Of a stretch of 64,000 nucleotides of DNA, positions 1 to 11,490 are shown one piece after another; the first letter of the stretch is position 1; each line of letters starts with the position of its first letter. The notes under the pieces are model-generated. The model did no database searches. It was given only the letters and a program-made list of their open reading frames with translations, and was not told the origin of the DNA. The translations under genes and the position numbers were made by a program. Source of the stretch: Octopus vulgaris (lineage: Eukaryota); the NCBI GenBank assembly GCA_951406725.2, contig OX597817.1:5952001-6016000 (forward strand), written 5' to 3'.

Positions 1-210
1 GAAAAAGTTAATTGAGTGCAGAAGTGAATTAGTCCAGATGGACTAATATGAGCTGTGCTCATGCCATTTACTATAGCTGCTAGATTGAATTATATGCTTA
101 TAAAGTAGCATTCAGTATCTATGAGAATTTTTGGGAGTACGTAATGTCTGGTCTTTCGCATGTAGCAGGTATGTAATTGTGCATTTGTTTCCGTGTTCTA
201 TGTGTTGTGT

Positions 211-296
211 GTAAAAAACATCCTGACGAGGGGACAGTCAATTTTAAATATATGATATGTTTTATATTAATTGGTGCATCTCCGATGAACTTTTAC
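211..296 (+). ncRNA. Hammerhead ribozyme relic lacking the GAAA/stem III/cleavage segment
   Basis: CATC-CTGACGA (223-229), long imperfect stem II GGGGACAGTCAATT...AATTGGTGCATCTCC, then directly GATG, which pairs with CATC. Outer GTAAAA/TTTTAC also pair. Confidence 0.4.
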
Positions 297-419
297 GTAT
301 TTTTGTAAATTTGTATATTTATCTTCTATGTATTTTTCTCTGGAATTTTAATTCGTCTTTTTAATATGTCATTGTATGTTTTATTACCCCAAATTTTTAA
401 TGTAACAAATTTATACCAA

Positions 420-460
420 ACTAGCACTATGACCCAGCGTTGCAGGGTCATAATGCTAGT
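420..460. repeat. 41-bp palindrome ending in CTAG-T on both strands (Helitron 3'-terminus-like)
   Basis: ACTAGCA-C-TATGACCC-agcgttgca-GGGTCATA-A-TGCTAGT. Confidence 0.7.
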
Positions 461-945
461 ATGTATATATATTTAAAAGTTATAAAATATACTTGTTGCA
501 GTCCTAATATTTAAAGAAAGATTCTTTTAAAAAAATATTGACTATTACAAAAAATTATTTGGAGCACAGAATGTTCCACTTCTTTCGGGATGAAATTTTT
601 GTGTAGTGTGTATTTAGTCTTTAGGCGCTTTCGTTGTTAAACTTTTCAAACCCACGTGCTCTGGGCTGAATATGTGTGGTTTTGAAAAATCTTTCTTTTA
701 CGTTAATAATAATATATGCATACATACAAACATTTATATATATATATATATTAGAGACGTGTGCGTGCGTTTGTCTACTTGAGAGAGAGAGAGAGAAAAG
801 AGAGAAAGAGAGCAATATTTAGATAGATACATAGATAATCGTCCATATTTCTATTGAGCATTATATATTTTTATCTATGTACTAAAAACAGTAAATATAC
901 ATAAGTGTACACGTATGTCCACGAAAGTAGATGAATATGCATAAT

Positions 946-977
<32 letters not shown>

Positions 978-985
978 TGTATCTA

Positions 986-1026
<41 letters not shown>

Positions 1027-1152
1027 CCATCCACGCATTTCAATAAATTCTTATTTTTATATATTTATGCGAGTTCGTATGCACATACAAGTTATAAATC
1101 TACCTACACACATGCACATAAATATATGTACATATTTATGTGTATGTGCATG

Positions 1153-1196
<44 letters not shown>

Positions 1197-1224
1197 TCTC
1201 TATCTGCTTCTCTCTCATTCCTTG

Positions 1225-1255
<31 letters not shown>

Positions 1256-1639
1256 ACTTAAATCAATCATATACTCAGTATGATAAAAAGAAATTATAAA
1301 GCAGAAGATTAGTGATCTTGGCATCTCATGGAATCGTCTGGCATTTACCGCGATACTAAATTGCCAGTTCCTATGCAAAGACTGAACAGACAGTTTAATT
1401 GTCTATTTTGACGCATGAAATGAATACATTCGACTTGCGTCAGAATAAAAATCGGATTTTTTCCCTCAGTACAATTATGGTTTGCCCAATGCCAACGAAA
1501 AAATAAAAGAAGTTTTCTTTTTTTTTTCTTCTTATATATCTTTTGCGTGTGTGAATGTCTATCTGTCCATAAAGAGGAAGATGGTCACCATCAGATTCTA
1601 TGGAGAGTTATGAGCAAACAAGCAGTAATTCTTGTTATT

Positions 1640-2310
1640 GATTTTCCCCAGATCAACCTTGATGGAGCAGACCTATGATCAAAAGCGTTCATGCATGACT
1701 ATATTGTCATTTTTGAATGATATAAAGTAGGTATGAATACATTATCTAATGAACTTGTGTATCCTTTTTAAGGTGAGAATGGAACTTAATCAAGATGCGG
1801 CTGATAGTCGTAGCACATTGTTCGGTCACTTAGAGAAACCATCCTTACCTCACGTGTATATATAAATATGTAAATAAATATGATATACTTAAATCAATCA
1901 TATACTATGTATAATAAAGAAAAATTATGAAGTATAACGTTGTATTTATGTTGTTGATTAGTTTGTAGTATAAAAAAAAATCGAACAGACACGAGCTGCT
2001 ATTTCAATTCAAGTTTGTGACATTTCCCATAATTTTCTCTCATTCTATCTTCTCCCGTTCGTGATGGTGAAGATGATGGCGAAGGTGATAATGGTAGTGA
2101 TAAATATTGTTGTTGTTGCCTAGCCCATGGTTCGAACTAGTTTAGTAGACATATTATAAAAAGCATTCCAGCCATGACAATTCCATATTTTCCGGGCACA
2201 GCACAAAGTCCAGTGTGTAACTATTTCCAAAACAGCAGAGCAAGATTTGAAAGAGCTTTGGTTGTTATTTTTGGTACTTTCAGAGTCTGCATAGAGACTT
2301 GCTTTGGCTG
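1640..2310. mobile_element. Two decayed copies of an interspersed SINE-like repeat (~1640-1840, ~2115-2310)
   Basis: Shared motif like GCAGACCTATGATCAAAAGCATTCCAGCCATGAC. Similar sequence recurs near 24790-24970 and 41650-41820. Confidence 0.4.
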
Positions 2311-2599
2311 AAGCAGTTTAAATATGTCACACTCATCCTATATATGATTGTAATTCAAGCGACACCGAAAAACCAGATTTCGGCAGCGTGTCAGTGCGTT
2401 GGCATTTTTTCTTTACTTATTGTGCGATGACGTTTACAGTCGATACAGGATTTGGTTGCGTGTGAGAGCAAATGCGTAGCTACGTATTTTATGCTCAGGG
2501 TTCGAACTCATCAGCGGTTAACTTTGCCATTCCTTCCTCCCGTTACAATAATTTTAATAAAATATACTTTATTCAAATTATATTTTTGTGAATGTGAAT

Positions 2600-2785
2600 G
2601 CGTGTGGTCAGGGAGCTGCACTCATGGTCGTTAGATTGAGGGTTCGTTTCCCGGACCTGACGGCGAGTTGAGTTCTTAAGCAGAACACTTCATTTCACGT
2701 TGCTCTGTTGGTGCGAGAGTGGTAGAACCATTGGCACATCAGTAGAAATATTTTACGGCTCTCTACATTTTGAGTTCAAATCCTA
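2600..2785 (+). mobile_element. Decayed tRNA-derived SINE heads (two adjacent)
   Basis: B-box-like GGTTCGTTTCCC followed by TTCTTAAGCAGAACACTT, then a decayed family A head ending GAGTTCAAATCC. Confidence 0.45.
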
Positions 2786-2961
2786 TCTCACTGAAGAAGG
2801 CAACGGGAAACTATATTAATCCCAAGTAGTTCATTGTAACCGAAGTTCCAATAAACTACTTAAAAGTGGTTGAGTAAGATACGGGTCCTCCCATATCGTA
2901 TAGAAAGTGCTGGAGAAAGTTCACAGGAACAGGACCTGCCCGAAGTCAGACCACCGCTAGA

Positions 2962-3003
<42 letters not shown>

Positions 3004-3046
3004 GTTTCGCTGTAAATGAGTATAACTAGCGGGGTAAAATAAACCT

Positions 3047-3470
3047 GACTATAAACCAAACCCTAACCTTAAATTAACTCTCAAATCTAAACCTAAATTT
3101 AAGACTAATGCTGAAATAAAATCTAAATCATTACCTTAATCCTAAACTCGAACTATAAGCCCAACACTAAAACCATCACTAATCCTAAAATAAAACATCA
3201 AATTTAAACATAATTCACATTCTAACTCTAAAACTTATCCTAATCTTAAACCGAATTCTAACACTCAACCTAATGATAACTCTAAACCTAATACTAACCC
3301 TAATAATAATCTTAATCCTAATCCTAAATCTAAACTTGGACCTAAATTTAAACCGTAATATATCCCTAATCGTACCGCACAAAATAACCCTCACCCTACA
3401 AAAGAAAAAAAAATCTAGTATGAATCATAAACCTAAACAGCCAAAATAGAAATCCTAAATCTAAAACTAA
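3047..3470. repeat. Degenerate telomere-like hexamer array (CCCTAA/AACCTA/ATCCTA variants)
   Basis: ~420 bp with 6-bp periodic CTAA, e.g. CCCTAACCTTAA, AATCCTAATCCTAAATCTAAAC. Confidence 0.7.
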
Positions 3471-3802
3471 ATGGTATTCGCAAGAACACTAGAACTCAAA
3501 TTTACTTCTATTAATAGTGAAGTTGATTTGGATAAATTTTTGTGTTTAGCTATTGTTGTTGTTGTTGTTGATGATGATGCTGTTCTTGCTGTTACTATTG
3601 TTTTTGTTTTGTTTTTGGTGCTTTGGCTGTTGTTTTGGTGTTAATGTCATTATAGGTTTAGGTGTTGTTTTTATTCTTCTTATTTCGTTATTTGATTTTG
3701 CTGTGCTTGTTGTACTTGCTTCTCCTGCCGTTGGTTGTGGGTTTAATTCATAAAGCTACGCTGTTGTTGCTACCGTAGTATTTTATTAACAGTGTTAATA
3801 AT

Positions 3803-4012
3803 AGTGGCCACCTGGTAGAATCGTTAGCACACCGTGCAAAATACTTAGCGGCATTTCGTCCGTCTTCACATTTTGAGATCAATTTTTTTCCGAGGTCGAT
3901 TTTATCTTTCATGTTTTCGGGATCGATAACATAAGTACCAGTTGAACACTGGGGTCGATGCTGTCGATTAGTCCCCTCCAACAAAATTTCAGGACTTGTA
4001 CTTATAATAAAA
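3803..4012 (+). mobile_element. SINE family A (tRNA-derived head plus Meta-domain-like core)
   Basis: TGGTAGAATCGTTAGCAC...CCGAGGTCGATTTATCTTTCATG...CGATAACATAAGTACCAG, a diverged copy of the element at 20427. Confidence 0.8.
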
Positions 4013-4399
4013 AATGTTTATTAGTGGTGGCAGTAGTGAGTGAATGGTTAACGATTACTTTATTAAGTGTTAAACGGCGGTCACTGGGTTTGTTCATGAG
4101 CCTTTTCAGTCCCAGTACATGTCTTTAGCTTGGTCCCTTCCTATTGCGTTCATCAATCGACGAAGTATCAGAGGGGAAGATTCAGAGGTGGAGAAGGGCC
4201 ACAGCTTGTCTGTGGACGTGAGAGTCTCGTTTTTTTTCATGTCTTCAAACAATTGTGGGGCATAGTCGCTAGCCCGAACACTTCCTCCTACGATACTAAA
4301 GCTGTCCCTATCGACATAGTAATAAATAAGCCAGAGTTTTTGTTTGAAAAAAAATTATAAATATAAAAAATTCTCGTGGAAAGACCTGCTTTTCGCTTT

Positions 4400-5030
4400 C
4401 CTATCTCAGAATAAGGGTTTCCGATGTATTGAATGTATTTGTTGGTAAAAAATAATAGAACAAAAGGTACTATTTTTATGAGCGGCAGTTTTTGTTTTAT
4501 TGACTACAACAGCTCCCAAATGCAGAGAGGAAATACAAAAAAAAAAAAAAAGAACTGATCAGAATCAATCGAGGGTTTACATCACGTAAAATGGTGGAAA
4601 CAATAATAACAATAAATAAATATGTTGAATTAAAAGTTACACTGACAGTACTTAGCAAAATAGGAACAAGAATGGATCTTTAAAATGAGGGAGATAATCA
4701 TACAAGGTAATTAGGGATAGCATGCACAGAATCCGGAATTCCTCCATGCGTCTAAAGAAGCGTGCTTTGCTAGTACTTGCTACCAATTTGCAGCAGCTAT
4801 ATGATACGTGTATACACAATTAACTACGTAAATTTTGTCACACTAACCACCTTTCTTAAAATTTACTGGTGGGTAAAAGTTCCTTCTCTGTCCTCAACTT
4901 TTCTCTTTCATATATAGCTTACAGAAGTCGATGAGGGCGCATCCTAGAAGCAAAAGTTCTGCGCTCAAAGTTTCCAACCGTATCCACCACACAACGTTTC
5001 TCACCACAGCTACCAGTCAGAGGGAGACTA
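4400..5030 (-). mobile_element. L1/Tx1-like LINE 3' fragment (ORF2 C-terminus and 3' UTR), decayed
   Basis: Minus strand reads LVAVVRNVVWWIRLETL...GCALIDFCKLYMKEK, then after a frameshift LRTEKELL...ERW. This resembles Tx1 ORF2 C-termini. Confidence 0.5.
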
Positions 5031-5607
5031 CACGATCTTGTTATAAAACTACCAATAGCTTTATTATTACAAGCACGATATATAAAGCATACCGTGTGAT
5101 TCATAAAATTTGTGAGAGCTTTACAAAATAATATTGCAATTTGTGTTTCCACAAGGGCAGCACGAGTACAAAATAATAAATATATCACCAAAGCGAAAAC
5201 ATTTAGGCGTGCAGAAAATCACCGATAACCGCATAAATGTAAGACGTGTCCTTTGAATCTAGGCCTCTGTTGACCATAATAATCCATAACACAAGAATGT
5301 TCATATCAATTTCACATACAAACACAGCTACTAATTATACCAGGTAAAAAAAAAAAGTAATCAGATAACTGTTACCAACAGCACTTCTCAAGAGAAAAGC
5401 CATTCTTATATGTCCACTTTACAGTTAATATAATATGAACAAGACACAATTCCCCGTACGATTTTTTTTATTTATTTCTTTTTTCCTCTTATAATAATAC
5501 TAACGGTTTACGTAGTTATTTGTTTTATATAGCACTTAGTTGTCTAACTTTCCACATGATAATACTGTTAATAAAAATACGGACAAGGGCAACGACAACC
5601 ACAGCGT

Positions 5608-5735
5608 TGATGATGATGATGACGACGATGATGATGACGATGATGATGATGATGATGATGACGACGATAATGATGATGATGATGATGATGATGATGACGA
5701 TGGGGATGTTAGTGACGATGATAGTAATAAAGATG
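5608..5735. repeat. (GAT/GAC)n microsatellite
   Basis: Read directly; explains the poly-D and poly-M ORFs. Confidence 0.95.
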
Positions 5736-6258
5736 ATTACATTTTTACATTAAGGCTTGTCATATATTTCCAACTATAAACATTCACTCACGTAAAAAAA
5801 AAACAACATATATTTGTGTGAATGTGATTAGTGCTCACTCTGTGTGTGCGTGTGCGCGTGTGTGCGTGCGTGCGTGTGCGTATGTATGCATGTATGTATG
5901 TATGTATGCATCTATGTATGCATGTATATATGTGTTTGTATGTGTGTATGTGTAAGTGAGATAGAGAGAGTGAGAGAGAAAACCCATATACGCATATATA
6001 TATTTGTGTGCATGCATGTATGCACTTGGAGAAACTAATTCTTCTGTCATTCTACAATGTTTAATGGAATGTGTTATTTCCAGACAACTGTCCTCTTCCG
6101 CAAACAATTATTATGAAACTTTGCTAAATTATTCTCCTGCAAAATAAAAAAAAAACAAAGAAAAAATGAAAACACAAGAAATAAATGAATAAAAAGTTAA
6201 TTACAGCAAGAGCCTTCTTATTGGTACAGAGACTCGTCAGCAGAATTAATTATACTCA

Positions 6259-6298
<40 letters not shown>

Positions 6299-6828
6299 GA
6301 ATGACTAAGTAGTGTGTTTCTCAATGATGAAGTTCCAGGTTCGATATTACCGTACAGCTATCACGAGGAAGGAATTTTTACCACCTCGACTAAGGCTTGT
6401 TGTGATTGAAAGGGACGAAATAGAAACTGCATGGAAGCCTATTGATTGGACTATTTGTGTAATTGAAAGGTTTGGGTTTCACACACTGTGATACTTATAC
6501 TCCATCTTATTATTAGGTTAAATTTACTCGTGTCTGTGCTATGATCAGCCAGTCACAATTTTATGCAATTTGGTGGCATCTACTCCACTCTTTTAAACTT
6601 GTTGGTTTTGTGCCATTTTTTCCTGGCTCTCTACTATCTTTTCTTGTCTCACATATTCGCACGCACGGATATGCACATAATAATTTGACTGCAAAAGCTA
6701 CGTTAGCAAATGTGCTCTTTCTTTTACTAGACGGCTAACATCATCTAGAGGAAGTTCGTAGTGTTGTAGGTACAACTATGATGTTGAGGGACTTGTGTTT
6801 GTGATCTATTATTCTCATTAAGCCACCT

Positions 6829-7010
6829 GTCTATCTATCTATCCGCTCAGTCGAAGTCGCCTCTCGGTTACTCGATGGATCGGTGTCCTCCAGCCAGTTC
6901 TATCCTGGGTCACTTTTTTCAGATTGGCTATGGCCATTCCCATGTCACTCTTGATGGTGTCAAGCCAGTGGGTTCTTGGTCGGCCTCTTCCTCTCTTGCC
7001 ACTGACCATT
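6829..7010 (-). mobile_element. RTE-clade LINE 3' end with (GATA)n tail
   Basis: Minus strand reads VSGKRGRGRPRTHWLDTIKSDMG...TQDRTGWRTPIHRVTERRLRLSG*, the typical RTE C-terminal GRP..W..DR..W pattern. Confidence 0.75.
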
Positions 7011-7986
7011 ATATAAACTATAACTTATATTAGACAAAATAGGCACTGGCAGCACTGTTCCCTCAAAATGTTTGTAAATATCTGATTTCGTGCAAAATTT
7101 TAGTAAATATCTGATTTTCATGCGACAAAAATATGTACATACTGAGTGCTCTTGCTTAGGACACTTCTGTACACACAATAATTTCATTTATGTCTCAGTT
7201 GCCAATGTATGTGCGTACGCACTTGGGAACAGTATAGAGGAGGCAATGACTGATGTGATTTAAAATCATAAAGAGAAGGTAACTGAATAACACCTTTATA
7301 ATCACTCCGTCACTTCACAACTTCAGATAATATATCCCCATACTCCCCCCCCCTTAATTCAATATTTGCTGTAAAGCGATCCATATCATTTTGCGATACC
7401 AAACTTAATCTTGGCTAGATTAACCAACGTGCTTTGGTTGTGGAGACCAACGTAGTCAGAGCAATGCGGTTAATGTTGTTATAAGATTTTCTTAACAATC
7501 ACGTTGTTCCAACTGCAATCTCACCACGCGATATCCAAGTATCTTGGTCTATAGCTTCAGGCTATCATAAAAGTTGTGAATTAAATCGAGTAGACACAGC
7601 CTGTGTGGAATCCCATCTAATAGACACAGCACTTAATTTTAACTAGTAGACTTAATCGCAGCTTGCTTGCATGCAACAACCAGACTATTTGGTAACTCTA
7701 GCGGAATCCACGATATTGCGAACTTTCGCATAAGGCCTCCGGTTTCGTCTTCTCTTCTTGTCTCGCCTCCAGTCTTTGAACTCGTTTGAGAAGTGTATAT
7801 GTAAGGCCTAAAAAGGTAATATGATCAGCCATTCTTCCCTGACAAAGCTCTCTAAGAAAGAAAAAAAGAAAAAAAAAACCGTAAAAAAGAACACGTATCA
7901 ATCGACACGAAACGAACCAAACATCTTTCGACTGGTTTTCCACTGCCCTTTCATTGACCTGACCAATCAATGTTTACTATTTCAGA

Positions 7987-8139
<153 letters not shown>

Positions 8140-8340
8140 TGTCAGTCTCAAATGTGATTGATTAGAAGAGCATTGGTTGTGACACAAGAAGGAAATTACG
8201 AGTAACGAAAATCGCCTCTGTACAATTTTTACCACCCAATACAATTCTGACTATTTAAGTAGATTCTTCAAACAGAATCGATTGTTATGCCTAGGTTTCG
8301 AAATTAGAAACCATGGTGTGTGAGCGCGCTTGTGTGTATG

Positions 8341-8825
8341 ATATGTCTGTGTGTGTGTGTGTGTGAGCGTGTTTGTCTACGTGTGTGTAGTGCGCGTCGA
8401 ATCTGTGTATACGTCTTGTATACGTATTGTTTGACGTTTGTGTGTGTGTGTATGTATGTGTGCATGCGTGTATGTGTGTATGTATGTGTGTGTATGTGTG
8501 TATGTGTGTGTATGTATGTGTGCATGCGTGTATGTGTGTATGTGTGTGTATGTATGTATGCATGCATGTGCGTATATATGTCTGTGTGTGTGTGTGAGCG
8601 TGTTTGTCTACGTGTGTGTAGTGCGCGTCGAATCTGTGTATACGTCTTGTATACGTATTGTTTGACGTTTGTGTGTGTGTGTATGTATGTATGTGTGCAT
8701 GCGTGTATGTGTGCGTGTATGTATGTATGTGTGCATGCGTGTATGTGTGCGTATATGTATGTATGTGTGCATGCGTGTATGTGTGTATGTGTGTGTATGT
8801 ATGTATGCATGCATGTGCGTATATA
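8341..8825. repeat. Tandem duplication (~231-bp period) of TG-rich sequence
   Basis: GAGCGTGTTTGTCTACGTGTGTGTAGTGCGCGTCGAATCTG starts at 8365 and at 8596. Confidence 0.9.
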
Positions 8826-9370
8826 TGTGTGTGTATGCATGTGTGTATGTATATGTGTATGTGCGTGATTGAGTGTGAATGCTTCTATAAGTGAGCGCAC
8901 GCATGTGTGCGGCGAGACGGGTTTCTCATTGTGTGTAAATGTGTGTGTGCAATGTTAGTGATCTTTATGCGTTTGAGTTCTATGGTGGACTTCATTGTAA
9001 ATATGTGTGAGTATGTATGTAAGTGGAGTCTCGTGTCGATGCGGTTATATATTTTCAATGCTTGTCATAGTGTGCACGTATGATACAAATTTGTGTATAT
9101 ACTTGCTTCCCCGAGTACTTGCGCGTATGCATACGTATTTTGGAAAAAGTATGTAGGTTATATGTTTGTACTTATAGCTCTTAGTGAGTATCTGTCGAGT
9201 GTGTGAATGTAGTTTCTGTGTAATGTCTGTGTAGTGTTCTTGGGTAGTACATAATAAATGCGTGTGTTCAAGTAATTTAACACTAAACTACAACTTCTCC
9301 CTCGCTGTTAGCAGGCATAAAGAAAAGTTTTCTTAGAAAAATAGTTTTCACAGAGAAGAGTTCAACTTAC

Positions 9371-9491
9371 ACCCTGAGTAGTTTTGCTGCACGTCCCTGA
9401 GGAGACGCAGCACCAATGAAGTTTGCTGGGTCTTCCGCATTGCTAAGATCCATGCATCTTATACACAGTTTAGAACACTGGAGATCGATGT
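9371..9491 (-). CDS. Candidate internal exon (121 bp) of an unidentified gene
   Basis: Poly-T tract + AATACAG acceptor, GTAAGT donor, raised GC, and a single open frame: IDLQCSKLCIRCMDLSNAEDPANFIGAASPQGRAAKLLR. Confidence 0.5.
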
Positions 9492-9981
9492 CTGTATTAA
9501 AAAAAAAAAAAAGCAGATGAGATTCAGCAGTCTGGTTAGCTCTGTTTAAAACATCCAATGATAAAATAATGTGTTGTATTTCTTTTAGCTTTTATTACCA
9601 TCATTATTATTATCTTTTGAACAGCGGTGTATGAAGTAGGTAGTAGTTCAAATGAATGAACATCTGGTTTCCGATCATAAAGGTTGGATGATGGAAATTT
9701 ACTGATATTTTATCTGTGGACGATGGAGTCAGTAAAGTTAGTATTTTGTGATCGAAACCAAATATTTGGCTTATTCCGATAAAAAAATAAGTTAAATGGT
9801 ATTTAATTTGAGAAGATTGAAGACATGAGTTCATACATTCCTCGGGATCTCCATGTGAAGTCGACACTGTCGATGGCCAAGCTTAACTTCATCAATTTGT
9901 TGCTGTTGATGGACATCAGATTGGCCTCGTTTGAATAGAAATATGCTCAAAACCATTTCAACCGTGTCTATCACGATCACT

Positions 9982-10059
<78 letters not shown>

Positions 10060-10213
10060 ATTTTTTGCGTAATAAGATAAAAAAAAAACCAAGGCTGTGT
10101 AGATATCAGACAATTTATAGATAGGTCTTACAGCTGTTTCTAGGATATTTATTAATTATATCCCTTCATCGGAGACGGTGTGAGAGGATAGTTAAGTCAT
10201 AATTAGTTTAGAT

Positions 10214-10251
<38 letters not shown>

Positions 10252-10900
10252 TATAAAAGGAGATGTGGAACACGAGTTGTGATATATAAAAAAGGAAATG
10301 AAGAAAATGCTGACAAAATAACGCATATATGAGTACAGGACACCAAAAGGACGTCGAACACAATGAGAAACGAAAACATAGACACAAACCAAAGGAACTG
10401 GACATTTAAAAAAAAAATAGAGTACAGGACAATTAACACAAAGAAAAAAAAACCTTCTTCAGTCGCTATGGTTTCATCTACTCTACGTTTCGAAGAATAA
10501 AAGCGAGACGTATCTTCGACAAGAAACTTTCCTTCCTGTGAAAAGCAAATCAATTAAAATTCTGAGATCTTTTCGCAGAGGGGTAAAAGATGGTAACAAA
10601 AACAGGACAGTAACGACAGTACAAATTATAAACAGTAAAAGACAGGACAAGGAAAAACAAGATAAGAAGGGCTAAAGTACATTAGTCTATGTGTAGTTCA
10701 ATTTTCAGATCAGTAGGGTTAGACATGAGCTAGATTTGGTTACAGTTACAAACAGTCCGAGCGTTGAGATAAAAAGCTTTCTCGTTGGCTCTTCAACTTG
10801 ATGCTTGTACCGAAATTAGCCAGTAAAGAATTTCCGGAGGGTTTTGCAACTGAGCAATGATTCACCGAAAGGTTAAGCGGAGAAATTTTTTTCATTAATA
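10060..10900 (-). mobile_element. Penelope-like element relics (two adjoining families)
   Basis: 10070-10200 matches 63260-63390 and carries a hammerhead. 10310-10500 matches 55580-55760. There is a possible decayed GIY-YIG tail (SQRESF/ISTLGL) near 10750-10795. Confidence 0.5.
10125..10176 (-). ncRNA. Type I hammerhead ribozyme (U4C variant, palindromic stem III)
   Basis: GTCT-CCGATGA-A-GGGATAT-aattaataa-ATATCCT-A-GAAA-CAGCTG-TA-AGAC. Confidence 0.75.
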
Positions 10901-11490
10901 TTTGCGATGAAAAAAACAATACAAGAATGATTAAAAATAATTGTATTAGGATGGCATTAGTTTACCTTGTTTCCTGAGGTGTTATATAGCTAGATAATTT
11001 ACAAGAGAAGAAGCCATTATTAGAACTGGTATAAAGGACGCAAACAGGAAACCGCCCACTTGCATGCCGGTGGTTGTAGTGTGTGGGTAAGTGAATTTTC
11101 GTCAATTAGCCAGATGTCTTGTTTTTGAATGTTTAATTCTTACTTTGCAAGAAGCTCGCCACTCGCTGCAGACAGTAATTAAAAATTAACGAACACAATC
11201 AATAATAACAAAAGAAACAACACTAGCAATTAGAAGAATTATAACGATAATATTGACTTAAAAATTAACAATTGTTCGACAGTAACAATAACAGGTAGAC
11301 ATCAGCAGCAGCAGCAACAACAACAACAGCAGCATCAACAGCAGCAAGCCCAACAACCAAAATAGCAGCAACAAAAACGACTATACAAAAACAAATCTTA
11401 AAAATAAAACCCAGCTAGAAATATAAAGCGGTTCATATACCACAGCAACTACAACAGCAGCAGAATTCAACATCCATACTTCAGACAAAG

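Noticed and set aside
2786-2835. CTGAAGA...GAAAC hammerhead-like spacing
   Set aside because: Stems I and II do not pair
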